From a virus: a stretch of DNA of 64,000 bases. The stretch spans positions 427,030 through 491,029 of the IMG/VR virus record IMGVR_UViG_3300034072_000758. One strand, given 5' to 3'. Shown in pieces: positions 1 through 7,881 of this stretch (positions are counted from its first letter, which is position 1; every line of letters begins with the position of its first letter). The notes under the pieces are model-generated. The model saw only the letters and a program-made list of their open reading frames with translations. It did no database searches and was not told the origin of the DNA. Both the position numbers and the translations under genes were made by a program.

Positions 1-54
1 ATCTCCATGAAAATGTTGCGATAATATATCACGACATTTTCATTCGTCAATCAT

Positions 55-128
55 CTGTGTGTAGCTCAGTTTGGTAGAGTGTTCGCCTCGGACGCGAAAG
101 GCCGCAGGTTCAAATCCTGTCACACAGA
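55..128 (+). tRNA. tRNA-Pro (anticodon CGG)
   Basis: Hand-folded cloverleaf: acceptor CTGTGTG/CACACAG, D-arm GCTC-AGTTTGGTA-GAGT, anticodon stem TTCGC/GCGAA with loop CTCGGAC, T-arm GCAGG-TTCAAAT-CCTGT. Confidence 0.7.
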
Positions 129-130
129 CC

Positions 131-248
131 TTAGAACGTGATCGACATCTTGTTCAAATAAATGAACAGAACGATCAGTGATCCGATGGCACTCCAAATG
201 AGGATGCCGAAGATAAGCTTAAAAGCTCGGTCGTAAGAAGATTTCATT
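131..248 (-). CDS. small hydrophobic protein (39 aa, MKSSYDRAFKLIFGILIWSAIGSLIVLFIYLNKMSITF), below ORF-track cutoff
   Basis: Hand translation of the minus strand. Single predicted TM helix. Sits between two tRNA genes. Confidence 0.25.
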
Positions 249-330
249 TTAGTTTCCTCAGTGTTTTCTACGATGATCACTGTTTTTTACACAAATGTCA
301 ATAATATTTAGCGACATAATGTCGCAGTAT

Positions 331-402
331 GCTCAGGTAGGTCAGTGGTAGACCGTCTCTTTCGTAATGAGAATGCCGGGGGTTCGATTCCCTCTCTGAG
401 CA
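331..402 (+). tRNA. tRNA-Thr (anticodon CGU)
   Basis: Acceptor GCTCAGG/TCTGAGC, D-arm GGTC-AGTGGTA-GACC, anticodon stem TCTCT/TGAGA with loop TTCGTAA, T-arm GGGGG-TTCGATT-CCCTC. Confidence 0.7.
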
Positions 403-446
403 CGGACTTCATTAAGTGTCTATTGAAAAGAAAGGAGGACAACGAA

Positions 447-677
447 ATGCAAGTACAAACCCACAAACAAGTAAAACTCCATCGCAACAACGAACGCGAT
501 ACTCGTTGGATTCCTTCTGAGTTCGCTCATGAAGGGCGAACGGTAGACCTGAAAAATGGCGGCGAGTGGAGCCGTGGATGGATTGTTAAGGAAGTATTTG
601 ACCCCGCTGTGGAATCAAAGTATATTCAAGAACAGTCCCAGAACTACAAGAACCACCGTAAGGCAACTGACGTGTGA
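447..677 (+). CDS. hypothetical protein (start moved downstream of tRNA-Thr to ATG after RBS AAAGGAGG)
   Basis: ORF 345..677 overlaps the tRNA at its 5' end. An internal ATG at 447 is preceded by aaggagg 8 nt upstream. Confidence 0.5.
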   Translation: MQVQTHKQVKLHRNNERDTRWIPSEFAHEGRTVDLKNGGEWSRGWIVKEVFDPAVESKYIQEQSQNYKNHRKATDV

Positions 678-683
678 TTCGTG

Positions 684-706
684 AGGGACGCTCTGTCCCT
701 CATTAT
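684..706 (+). other. leader hairpin duplicating the acceptor 5' strand of the downstream tRNA-Gln (TGAGGGAC-gctctg-TCCCTCA)
   Basis: Inverted repeat seen directly, immediately 5' of the tRNA start. Confidence 0.4.
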
Positions 707-777
707 TGAGGGATGGTGTAACGGTAACACATCTGACTCTGACTCAGAAGTTCTAGGTTCGAATCCTAGTCCCTCAA
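707..777 (+). tRNA. tRNA-Gln (anticodon CUG)
   Basis: Acceptor TGAGGGA/TCCCTCA, D-arm GTGT-AACGGTA-ACAC, anticodon stem TCTGA/TCAGA with loop CTCTGAC, T-arm CTAGG-TTCGAAT-CCTAG. Confidence 0.7.
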
Positions 778-788
778 CAAGGTATGTT

Positions 789-1070
789 ATGCGACTTATG
801 ACCTCCGATGAAATACAACCCTTGGAAAAGAAGTTCATGGGGTACATTTCGACTCCGGTGTTGGATATTGATGGGATCGGTCAGTTATGCGTTAATAGAG
901 TATATATTCCTACTGATAAACTTGGTATCGGCAAATGGTATGTCACAGATGTGGCGACACCCGATGCGCATTTCGCCTTCATTCGTAACCCAGATCATTC
1001 GATCATGGAGGTAATTGTTTCCGGGGATACATCAGACGAGTATCTGATGAAGTTGGCCGTATGTCTTTAA
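789..1070 (+). CDS. hypothetical protein
   Basis: ORF 681..1070 trimmed to the first ATG after the tRNA-Gln (MRLMTSDE...). Confidence 0.5.
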   Translation: MRLMTSDEIQPLEKKFMGYISTPVLDIDGIGQLCVNRVYIPTDKLGIGKWYVTDVATPDAHFAFIRNPDHSIMEVIVSGDTSDEYLMKLAVCL

Positions 1071-1453
1071 TCGAAACATCTAGCCTGTCTGGGCTTGAGG
1101 CGATGGCTATAGATTATGGCTTGGATGGCTTTCACGAGTATGCCAACAAATTTTCTTTTTTTATGCGTCTCGAAGAAGTCGATTACGACAAGTTCATAAC
1201 CGAAGAATTGGTTATGGAAGTTGATGGATATTCTTTTCGGTTTAAAACCAACCCAGAAGAAACAGACGCAGAAATGGCATATGGCTGGCTTAAGTGTATA
1301 TACACCGATACTTTTGAAGTTTCTATCGTCGGCGACGTAGAGCAAAACGAAAGTAAGCAACTTGTCACGAGTAACAGTTTGTCGCAAGATGAACTTGAAG
1401 ATATAGTGTTTCGGTTAGCGTTGTTGACCAGTGATTACGGTATGGTCGATTAG
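1061..1453 (+). CDS. hypothetical protein (acidic)
   Basis: 130-aa ORF. ATG overlaps the upstream stop. Its stop TAG overlaps the first bases of the next tRNA. Confidence 0.55.
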   Translation: MSLIETSSLSGLEAMAIDYGLDGFHEYANKFSFFMRLEEVDYDKFITEELVMEVDGYSFRFKTNPEETDAEMAYGWLKCIYTDTFEVSIVGDVEQNESKQLVTSNSLSQDELEDIVFRLALLTSDYGMVD

Positions 1454-1518
1454 CTCAGTGGTAGAGCGCTCCCTTGACATGGGAGAGGCCGTAGGTTCGA
1501 ACCCTACATCGACCACCA
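1444..1518 (+). tRNA. tRNA-Val (anticodon GAC), CCA encoded
   Basis: Acceptor GGTCGAT/ATCGACC, anticodon stem CTCCC/GGGAG with loop TTGACAT, T-arm GTAGG-TTCGAAC-CCTAC, 3' ACCA. Confidence 0.75.
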
Positions 1519-1782
1519 ATTTTATTTTGGTGACTAAGTAAATTTAAATTGTAAATGCTTTGATGGGTGTGGTTATATCAGAAAAACCACAAAACAAAAC
1601 TATCGGAGCAAAGCAATGTCTAAGCCAGATTTCTTACGTCACTGTAATTTCCTCACGCCCGCTCAGGTTCGTGGGGTAACAATTACTCAGCCAGTAGCCC
1701 AACCGGCTGAAAAACAAGATGCTGTGGATAAAAGTAAATAAATATTTACAGCATGGCCTTGAATGTTGTATTCTAGGCTTAT

Positions 1783-1856
1783 CGGGGTTTAGCGCAGTCT
1801 GGTAGCGCGTCCGTTTTGGGTGCGGAAGGTCGAGAGTTCGAATCCCTCAATCCCGA
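1783..1856 (+). tRNA. tRNA-Pro (anticodon UGG)
   Basis: Acceptor CGGGGTT/AATCCCG (one G-U pair), D-arm GCGC-AGTCTGGTA-GCGC, anticodon stem TCCGT/GCGGA with loop TTTGGGT, T-arm GAGAG-TTCGAAT-CCCTC. Confidence 0.7.
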
Positions 1857-1894
1857 CATGTCCACGGTAACCATTCCGTAATGCGAAAGGCCCT

Positions 1895-1920
1895 GCCACC
1901 GGAAGGTGGTGGGGTTTTTC
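1895..1920 (+). terminator. rho-independent terminator (CCACC-GGAA-GGTGG + T-run)
   Basis: GC hairpin followed by TTTTTC. Confidence 0.6.
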
Positions 1921-1992
1921 ATTTCCCAACAAAATAAATTGACTTGAAAATCTTCTTTGTGCGATGATCGTTCATCAGTATAAGAGAGTATC

Positions 1993-2295
1993 ATGTTAAA
2001 ACTATCGACCGAAGTTCAAAACATTTTGTATAAGGCTGTAACGTTAGAAAACGAATACATGCCTACAGACTTAGAAATCACTACTTTGGGTGATTTTCTT
2101 CTGAATGTAGTCGAGCGCGCTCCCGATGCTGATTTTTTGGATCACCCGGAGATATTCGTCACGGTGTTTGATTTGATGCTTAATTACACAAGTACAGTAT
2201 GCCCCAATCATCCTCGTGTTCAATATATACGAGACCTGAAACAATTCTTTGAAGCACTTTGGAAAGACAAAAATGAAACTCGAAAAACTAATTAG
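1993..2295 (+). CDS. hypothetical protein
   Basis: 100-aa ORF with ATG start. Confidence 0.5.
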   Translation: MLKLSTEVQNILYKAVTLENEYMPTDLEITTLGDFLLNVVERAPDADFLDHPEIFVTVFDLMLNYTSTVCPNHPRVQYIRDLKQFFEALWKDKNETRKTN

Positions 2296-2701
2296 TGACG
2301 CGAAAAAAGGTGACGCTCCGTCTCAGTATAGCATTGGTATGCTATATGGTTACGGTACGCCGCTGACGCCGGACTTTTCCGAAGCAATCTTCTGGTTTGA
2401 AAAAGCCAGAGAACAGGATCACGCTGAGGCCATTTATAATCTCGGTGCGATTTATCAGTTCGAAGAGAACTTCAAAAATCTGGAAATTGCTAATCAGTAT
2501 TTCGAAGAAGCTGCCAAGCTGAAACACGATGTCGCTGCGTACAATCTCGGTCTGAACTATATGACCGGCCACGGAGTTCGTAAGGATGACGAGAAGGCGA
2601 AGTATTGGTTCGAGCAAGCCATTTTGTTTGGCAATAAGGTTGCGGTAACTATGTTGGCGCAATTGAAAACAAATCCAACTTTTTATAAAAGAGTTGCTTG
2701 A
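2273..2701 (+). CDS. Sel1-like repeat (SLR/TPR-like) protein
   Basis: Repeated Sel1 signatures (YSIGMLYGYG...AIFWFEKAREQDHAEAIYNLGAIY; AAYNLGLNYMTGHGVRKDDEKAKYWFEQA). The track start at 2249 is TTG, so the ATG at 2273 is preferred. Confidence 0.65.
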   Translation: MKLEKLISDAKKGDAPSQYSIGMLYGYGTPLTPDFSEAIFWFEKAREQDHAEAIYNLGAIYQFEENFKNLEIANQYFEEAAKLKHDVAAYNLGLNYMTGHGVRKDDEKAKYWFEQAILFGNKVAVTMLAQLKTNPTFYKRVA

Positions 2702-2726
2702 CAGATCAAAACTGTTGATATATAAC
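2698..2726 (+). promoter_or_regulatory. sigma70-like promoter TTGACA-N17-TATAAC driving the large non-coding region
   Basis: TTGACA at 2698-2703 overlaps the stop codon of the upstream gene. TATAAC lies at 2721-2726. Confidence 0.5.
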
Positions 2727-2732
2727 CTTAGA

Positions 2733-4047
2733 CATGGTGATGAACCGGTGACTTGAGCTTTGGTAAAGCTCGAATTTACCAGTTAAAGAGAATTAAGCTG
2801 GTCCCCGATTTGCTTAGTTCGACGGTTCATCATCATATTGAACTAAATTGGATGGAGAGGTTGCGGTAACGAGTCCCCAGAGTCATTTGACTCAGCCTTT
2901 GGACTTAACCCCGTCCGTGCTTTTCGGTGTGGTAGCTCAAGATTGACAAGAGCGTTCCATCCAATTTAGTTTAATTGGGTAAGTCTTCGGGCCTACCGTT
3001 GGGGGAAGGATCAACACGGCTGCTGGCATGTTCCAGACAGGTGCCTTCCCTTTTAAATTCGCTCGAAAGAGCAAAGAGATTGTTCGGTAGGATCAAATCT
3101 TGGGTGATCGTGCGCTGGTCATCATGAGATAAAAGACCGGGGGCTAGTCCAGCCTCAAGTATCGGTGAAAGTCCGATCCGAACAACCAAATTCTGTGCTT
3201 CGTTGCGAAAGCGAAGGGGATTGACAGTCAGTCCCTAGCCTCATTGGAGGTCATCACAGAACGTTACCCCACGGTGAAATATACGTGTGGCAGAGGGAGA
3301 GAGCCAATTGCGAGGAAATGCGCGCCGGTCTTTCCCTCATATAATTCGCTTGAAAGAGCAAATAACAAGTTGGCCGCTCGCATGATCGTTCCGAGAGGTA
3401 AGAGCAAAGATCGGTAGATGTTTCTACCAAATTGACGCCAACAACCGAGAAAGAGGGAACTACGGGCCTAACCAATCCGTAAATCTCTCAGTGAGTGGAC
3501 AGGAGTTGCGGACGCCCTTGGTCGGGAAGGTCACAACTCCGAAGTTGCTCAAAGTTTGGGCCGAAAGGCCATAGCCGCGTGGTGACGAACCAGTAAGTCG
3601 GCTACGAGTTTCACCGAGAATGAGGCTGGGTGTACCCGTAAGTCCTCTACTCTCTGGTGTTTAAAGTTGAATACGGACGAGCGCCCTGTGCGCGAACAGG
3701 TGATGGGCGCAGCCCTAGAGGATGGCAACGTCCGCTATACCTTCGGGGAAGCATCGGTTGGTAGTGATTAATCCAATCCGCTCGTGTTCTACTCTAAACA
3801 TTTCGGGTGACTAACATTTAGGGCTGGGGTCGCTACCCAAATCCGGTGTTGGTGTACAATTAATGAACGGCAAACTAGACTTGTTTCAGTAATTCTTTGT
3901 GCTGGCTTATTTGATAGAGCAAACAGCCTGAAAACTAAATAGAATACTCCCTGTGTGATCTGGCACTGGCAGGATTGTGGTTGACAAGACCCACTCGGCG
4001 AGTCTAAATGGACAGGCATTTACGGTACGCCTACTTATTACCGTTAT
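2733..4047 (+). ncRNA. large (about 1.3 kb) structured non-coding RNA candidate ending immediately 5' of tRNA-Ala. The class is unassigned: GOLLD/ROOL-like ornate RNA or an ORF-less intron-like ribozyme are both possible.
   Basis: No ORF longer than 119 aa in any frame and no RBS-linked ORFs. Consensus promoter at the 5' end. Many GNRA-tetraloop hairpins (GCTC-GAAA-GAGC twice, GGGCC-GAAA-GGCC, GCGAAAGC, CTTCGG). Long-range stems (GCGCCC...GGGCGC at about 3680-3710). An internal 45-nt duplicated module at 3044-3086 and 3329-3374. GC content above the surrounding genes. Confidence 0.45.
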
Positions 4048-4120
4048 GGGGCCATAGCTCAGTTGGTAGAGCACCTGCTTTGCAAGCAGGATGTCGTCGG
4101 TTCGACTCCGACTGGCTCCA
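4048..4120 (+). tRNA. tRNA-Ala (anticodon UGC)
   Basis: Acceptor GGGGCCA/TGGCTCC (G3-U70 present), D-arm GCTC-AGTTGGTA-GAGC, anticodon stem CCTGC/GCAGG with loop TTTGCAA, T-arm GTCGG-TTCGACT-CCGAC. Confidence 0.75.
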
Positions 4121-4237
4121 CTCGAATTTTGTGATAGATCGCCCCATAGGGGATATGCGTCCGTCACAGAGTTCCGGGGTTTGGGCCGCTTCCTCTCAAA
4201 AAGAAAAAGCGGTCGCTTAAGTTTTCGGAGTTGCGTA

Positions 4238-4567
4238 ATGAACCGGGCAGAAGCATTACTTGGCACAAAGCCAAAAGTTCCTAATCAGGTTCCTCCCGAA
4301 GCTAAACAACATATTCATGAATGCATCAAAAACGCCATGAATAATGGCGACACATCCTGCTATATCAATGTCCACGATCACCGTGTTCCTATCAGCACAC
4401 TCGATTTGGAAGTCATTGAAGTATACCTCAAAGCCGAAGGATATAGATGTCATGTCCATTCCTATACGGATGAACATGGCAGCGATGATGTTCTAGTCAT
4501 CAAATGGGGAGAAACTTTCTTCGAAAGAGTGAAAAGATGGTTCCGTTCTATCCAAGAAAAAAACTAA
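4238..4567 (+). CDS. hypothetical protein
   Basis: ORF 4091..4567 trimmed to the first ATG after the tRNA (MNRAEALLGTK...). Confidence 0.5.
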   Translation: MNRAEALLGTKPKVPNQVPPEAKQHIHECIKNAMNNGDTSCYINVHDHRVPISTLDLEVIEVYLKAEGYRCHVHSYTDEHGSDDVLVIKWGETFFERVKRWFRSIQEKN

Positions 4568-4848
4568 AAGTATATTACGGATACTACTACTCCAAAAGTC
4601 CCCAACCGGTGCGCGGGCGAAGATATTTGGGTTGGTATCGCCGGAATGCAACACGCTTTCATCGTATTTACCGCGTAGTAGAAAGCGTTGCTACGCTTGA
4701 TCCACCAATTCGTCCCGGTCTTCCCAGAATGTATTTTACGGTCAAGTATTCCGGTCGTGATTGGGATTACGGTGAATTGAATTGGACCAAAGAACAGGCC
4801 GATGAACGTTGGCTGAACAGAAGAAACGAAGGTGCTTGTTTCACCTGA
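4537..4848 (+). CDS. hypothetical basic protein (start uncertain, 4504 or 4537)
   Basis: ORF 4504..4848 overlaps the upstream gene. Arg/Tyr rich. Confidence 0.35.
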   Translation: MVPFYPRKKLKVYYGYYYSKSPQPVRGRRYLGWYRRNATRFHRIYRVVESVATLDPPIRPGLPRMYFTVKYSGRDWDYGELNWTKEQADERWLNRRNEGACFT

Positions 4849-4965
4849 TATGGGCTGCTTGGAGTTTAGCTGGGTTCGAATCCCGCTCGATCCACCATTA
4901 AGATTGGGTCGATGTCACCGGAAGACAAGAGCGGGTTCGAGTCCCGTCCAGTCCACACCCTTTAT
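4849..4965 (+). other. two tRNA 3'-half-like fragments (T-arm + 3' acceptor + CCA/CAC: ...GGGTTCGAATCCCGCTCGATCCACCA and ...GGGTTCGAGTCCCGTCCAGTCCACA) with no matching 5' acceptor strand
   Basis: T-loop consensus GGTTCGAWTCC seen twice. No complementary acceptor 5' strand upstream. Confidence 0.4.
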
Positions 4966-5038
4966 GGGGCCATAGCTCAATTGGTAGAGCGCAAGTATGG
5001 CATACTTGAGGTCGCCGGTTCGATCCCGGCTGGCTCCA
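4966..5038 (+). tRNA. tRNA-Ala (anticodon GGC)
   Basis: Acceptor GGGGCCA/TGGCTCC, D-arm GCTC-AATTGGTA-GAGC, anticodon stem CAAGT/ACTTG with loop ATGGCAT, T-arm GCCGG-TTCGATC-CCGGC. Confidence 0.7.
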
Positions 5039-5116
5039 CATTTATTAGTTGACAGCTTGACAACAAAATAAAACCTGTTACTCTCCTGAATAACTCTAAT
5101 ATCAGGAGAATAAAAT

Positions 5117-6016
5117 ATGGTACATCAACCCATGCGTGGTCCGCAAATCGGCTCCGTTTCCGACTACGACGACTATGACGATTATGGCTATTCGGAAATG
5201 GATAGCTATGGCATCGTTCGTCGGCATCGCAGCCAAAAAGAAAATATCAACAATTCTAAATGGGTTGATCCTATTCACGGTGGTCGCCGAACGAAACAGT
5301 CCGATCCCTATTACTTCTCCGAATATTTCCTTTTCGGTCGTCACGGCGACATCAAGCAAAAGGGCGTCACTGGCGATTATAGTGATCGTCTGAGTGAATG
5401 GGATCGTCTTCGTTATGACTTTCTGATGCGCAAGCATGTGCCGAATGGTTGGATGCGCGCAAGTCCTAGCCAACTCGAACCCTTCCTGACCGAATATTTC
5501 GGGGTCTTCAAGAACATCAAGGTGGTGGCTCTGGCCGAAGGCTGTAAAATGAGCGGCTATAACTACTTCATCGTCTGGTATACATACGAAGAAGTGGCCG
5601 AACGCTCGAAGCCGAAGATCAAGCGCAAGATTGAGGCTGAAAGGAACAAGCTCAAGGAAGCCGAAGATCAAGGCTACCGCAATTCCGATCTGGGGATGTA
5701 CCTTAAGTCGGCGGTGCGGGCGCTGGTCAGCGCGGCTCGTCCTATGTTCGGTGGCAAGCCCAAGGTTCACTGGCGCATTGACGCTCGTATCAAGCGTCTG
5801 GAAGCCATGACTATCGATGATCGCAAGCGCAAGAAGGGTGAGTTCAACAAACTCGCTAAGCGCATCCTCAAGCTGCTGAACGACACCAAGGCGGACCTGA
5901 CCGCTCAAAAGTCGTACTACAGTTCCGATCTGGACAAGGCGATTGAAACCGTCGAAACCAAGATCAAGGACTACAATACGCCGGGGTATAACCCATACGC
6001 GCGGGGCGCAGAATAA
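5117..6016 (+). CDS. hypothetical protein (299 aa, N-terminal DYDDYDDYGY acidic tract, basic coiled-coil C-terminal half)
   Basis: Long ORF with RBS AGGAG 8 nt upstream. The antisense ORF 5102..5908 is rejected. Confidence 0.6.
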   Translation: MVHQPMRGPQIGSVSDYDDYDDYGYSEMDSYGIVRRHRSQKENINNSKWVDPIHGGRRTKQSDPYYFSEYFLFGRHGDIKQKGVTGDYSDRLSEWDRLRYDFLMRKHVPNGWMRASPSQLEPFLTEYFGVFKNIKVVALAEGCKMSGYNYFIVWYTYEEVAERSKPKIKRKIEAERNKLKEAEDQGYRNSDLGMYLKSAVRALVSAARPMFGGKPKVHWRIDARIKRLEAMTIDDRKRKKGEFNKLAKRILKLLNDTKADLTAQKSYYSSDLDKAIETVETKIKDYNTPGYNPYARGAE

Positions 6017-6453
6017 TGATCGTCGGCGAGTTCAAAACCGCAACCGGCATGACGACCATCTTTCATGATGCGGATGGTTATCATGTCAACGCCGCTGGTC
6101 GAGAAGACATTCACGGGGCGATGACGGCGGATGCGGTCGTTCGTTATCTTTGCGGTGCTTTGATCAGCGCCAATCACAAGCTGGGTATTGACCAGTTTGA
6201 AGATATGGAAGCGTTCGAAGAAACCGATCCGGGGATCGAAGCTGCCGCCTCCTTCTATCGTCAATTGGGGGATGGTGACGAAGTTTATTCATTTGTTCCT
6301 CTAAACGAAGTGTGTATCCGTGGTACTCCCGAACGGCTGAAAGCTCTAGGGGAGTTTCTGATCGAAAGTTCAACTATGAGTGACGATCACGCACATTTCC
6401 AAACTCAGGGCGGCGTCAAGCCCGATTTCGTTGTGGTTAAGTCAGATGAATGA
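6016..6453 (+). CDS. hypothetical protein
   Basis: 145-aa ORF. ATGA overlap with the upstream gene. Confidence 0.55.
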   Translation: MIVGEFKTATGMTTIFHDADGYHVNAAGREDIHGAMTADAVVRYLCGALISANHKLGIDQFEDMEAFEETDPGIEAAASFYRQLGDGDEVYSFVPLNEVCIRGTPERLKALGEFLIESSTMSDDHAHFQTQGGVKPDFVVVKSDE

Positions 6454-6826
6454 AAAACTGGAAGCCAAACTTGCTTGGGAAAAACTCTGTAAGCAAGCAA
6501 ATACCAATCCGGCCTATACGCGCGACGTTGTGTTATCGACGGATAACAGTTTCCGCATCGCGGCTAAATCGGCGGTCGATGATCGATACGCGGATTGCGT
6601 ATCAATAGAAATTTCGCATGAGGGTGATCCCCAGATGGGTTGGTCTTATGCTCATTTCTCACCGGCCCGTGCGCGTCTGTTCGCTCACATGCTAATCGAA
6701 CGTGCCGATGCGCTGGAAGCAAAAAACGGCGTAGAGATCATCGATACCGAAAGCCTACAAGATCAGGCGCATCGTCTTCGGGTGGCGGTTGATGAAAAAC
6801 GCCGAAAGCTGGGATTGTTGAAATGA
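6446..6826 (+). CDS. hypothetical protein
   Basis: ORF 6380..6826 trimmed to the ATG at 6446 (ATGAATGA overlap with the upstream stop). Confidence 0.5.
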   Translation: MNEKLEAKLAWEKLCKQANTNPAYTRDVVLSTDNSFRIAAKSAVDDRYADCVSIEISHEGDPQMGWSYAHFSPARARLFAHMLIERADALEAKNGVEIIDTESLQDQAHRLRVAVDEKRRKLGLLK

Positions 6827-7026
6827 AACATTCCGACTTTGAACTCAACATGGAGTTTCGATGCGGTGGTAGTGATTGGAAAGTCACCGACATCGGAACT
6901 CGCACAATTATTGCCATCAAACTTACGGGTACGATCAACGACCTAACGTGGCTTGCTGGTCCGCCATACGCTCTCGAAGAAGTAGTCTTCGATGAAAATG
7001 ATTTCGCAGGATGTGAAGTAATATGA
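6823..7026 (+). CDS. hypothetical protein
   Basis: 67-aa ORF coupled by an ATGA overlap. Confidence 0.45.
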   Translation: MKHSDFELNMEFRCGGSDWKVTDIGTRTIIAIKLTGTINDLTWLAGPPYALEEVVFDENDFAGCEVI

Positions 7027-7346
7027 AATTGATTATTCTTCAAGCTGAACACGCAGAAGCCGCAATCGCTACTCGCATCGTAACTCTGGAATACGAGTCA
7101 AAAGAAGCTGTCGATAAGTTGATCGAAGGCTACCTAGCATCGGCCCCCAAGCCGTTTACTTGGCGCGAATACCGAGCGACTACGCCGGAAGAACGAGCCA
7201 AAAGAAAAGAAGAACGGGAAAATTGGGCTAAAGCTCAACCCGATCTTCAAATCGGCAAAGCGAAATTCCCAGCCGAAGTTCTTGTAAGGGCTTCTACTTA
7301 CGTGTATGATCTGAATGCGTTCTTCGAAGAGTTTAAGGAAGGTTAA
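7023..7346 (+). CDS. hypothetical protein
   Basis: 107-aa ORF coupled by an ATGA overlap. Confidence 0.5.
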   Translation: MKLIILQAEHAEAAIATRIVTLEYESKEAVDKLIEGYLASAPKPFTWREYRATTPEERAKRKEERENWAKAQPDLQIGKAKFPAEVLVRASTYVYDLNAFFEEFKEG

Positions 7347-7349
7347 TTC

Positions 7350-7619
7350 ATGTACCACTTCATCGCCCTACTTCTCACGTTTCTTCACGTGATCATCGCC
7401 ATCATTGTTGGTGGTATCGGTTCAGTTTTGTTCATGTTCAGGACAAAAAATTTCCGCGATCTGACCGCAATGATTCTGGTCATCGGTGGCATCTATATGC
7501 TGATCGGGGCTATTTTCTTCCCGGTGTTTGCTATCGGTTCGTTCGCCCTGTTCTGGCCAGTTTACATCGTCACCCTGTATCTTCTTCACATCAAGAAAGA
7601 AGACAATACGCTCACATAA
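7350..7619 (+). CDS. small membrane protein (2-3 TM helices)
   Basis: Hydrophobic sequence MYHFIALLLTFLHVIIAIIVGGIGSVLFMF...IGGIYMLIGAIFFPVFAIGSFALFWPVYIV. The stop overlaps the tRNA-Thr start. Confidence 0.55.
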   Translation: MYHFIALLLTFLHVIIAIIVGGIGSVLFMFRTKNFRDLTAMILVIGGIYMLIGAIFFPVFAIGSFALFWPVYIVTLYLLHIKKEDNTLT

Positions 7620-7685
7620 GTTCAATTGGTAGACTATCTCCTTGGTACGGAGGCAGTAGGAGTTCGAGTCTCCTTGTGAGCACCA
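7610..7685 (+). tRNA. tRNA-Thr (anticodon GGU), CCA encoded
   Basis: Acceptor GCTCACA/TGTGAGC, anticodon stem TCTCC/GGAGG with loop TTGGTAC, T-arm AGGAG-TTCGAGT-CTCCT, 3' ACCA. Confidence 0.7.
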
Positions 7686-7881
7686 TAATCGTTATTCACA
7701 AGGATCACTCAAATGATGATATTCACTTGGCTATTGTCAGCGGCTTCGCTAAACAATCAGGCACATCTTAGAAATTTGCCGAAGACCAAGATCGACCCAG
7801 CACCGAATGAGCATCCGGTTACGGAAACACCTCCAAAAAAGAAAAAGAGAGCTTGGTTCTCTTTGTTGGACACCGACTGAT

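Noticed and set aside
345-1070. ORF-track starts at 345 and 681 that run through tRNA-Thr and tRNA-Gln
   Set aside because: Their 5' portions translate tRNA sequence. The proteins were trimmed to downstream ATGs at 447 and 789, which have better start context.
2733-4047. rRNA or RNase P RNA identity for the large non-coding region
   Set aside because: GAAAGUCCG occurs once, but the P4 and other universally conserved RNase P blocks were not recognisable, and there is no 16S/23S/5S signature. The class is left unassigned.
2971-4266. ORF-track reading frames 2971..3189, 3254..3475, 3789..4019, 3907..4266 and 4008..4220
   Set aside because: All lie inside the structured non-coding region or overlap tRNA-Ala. 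They have no RBS or start context, odd composition, and are mutually overlapping in different frames. They are treated as spurious.
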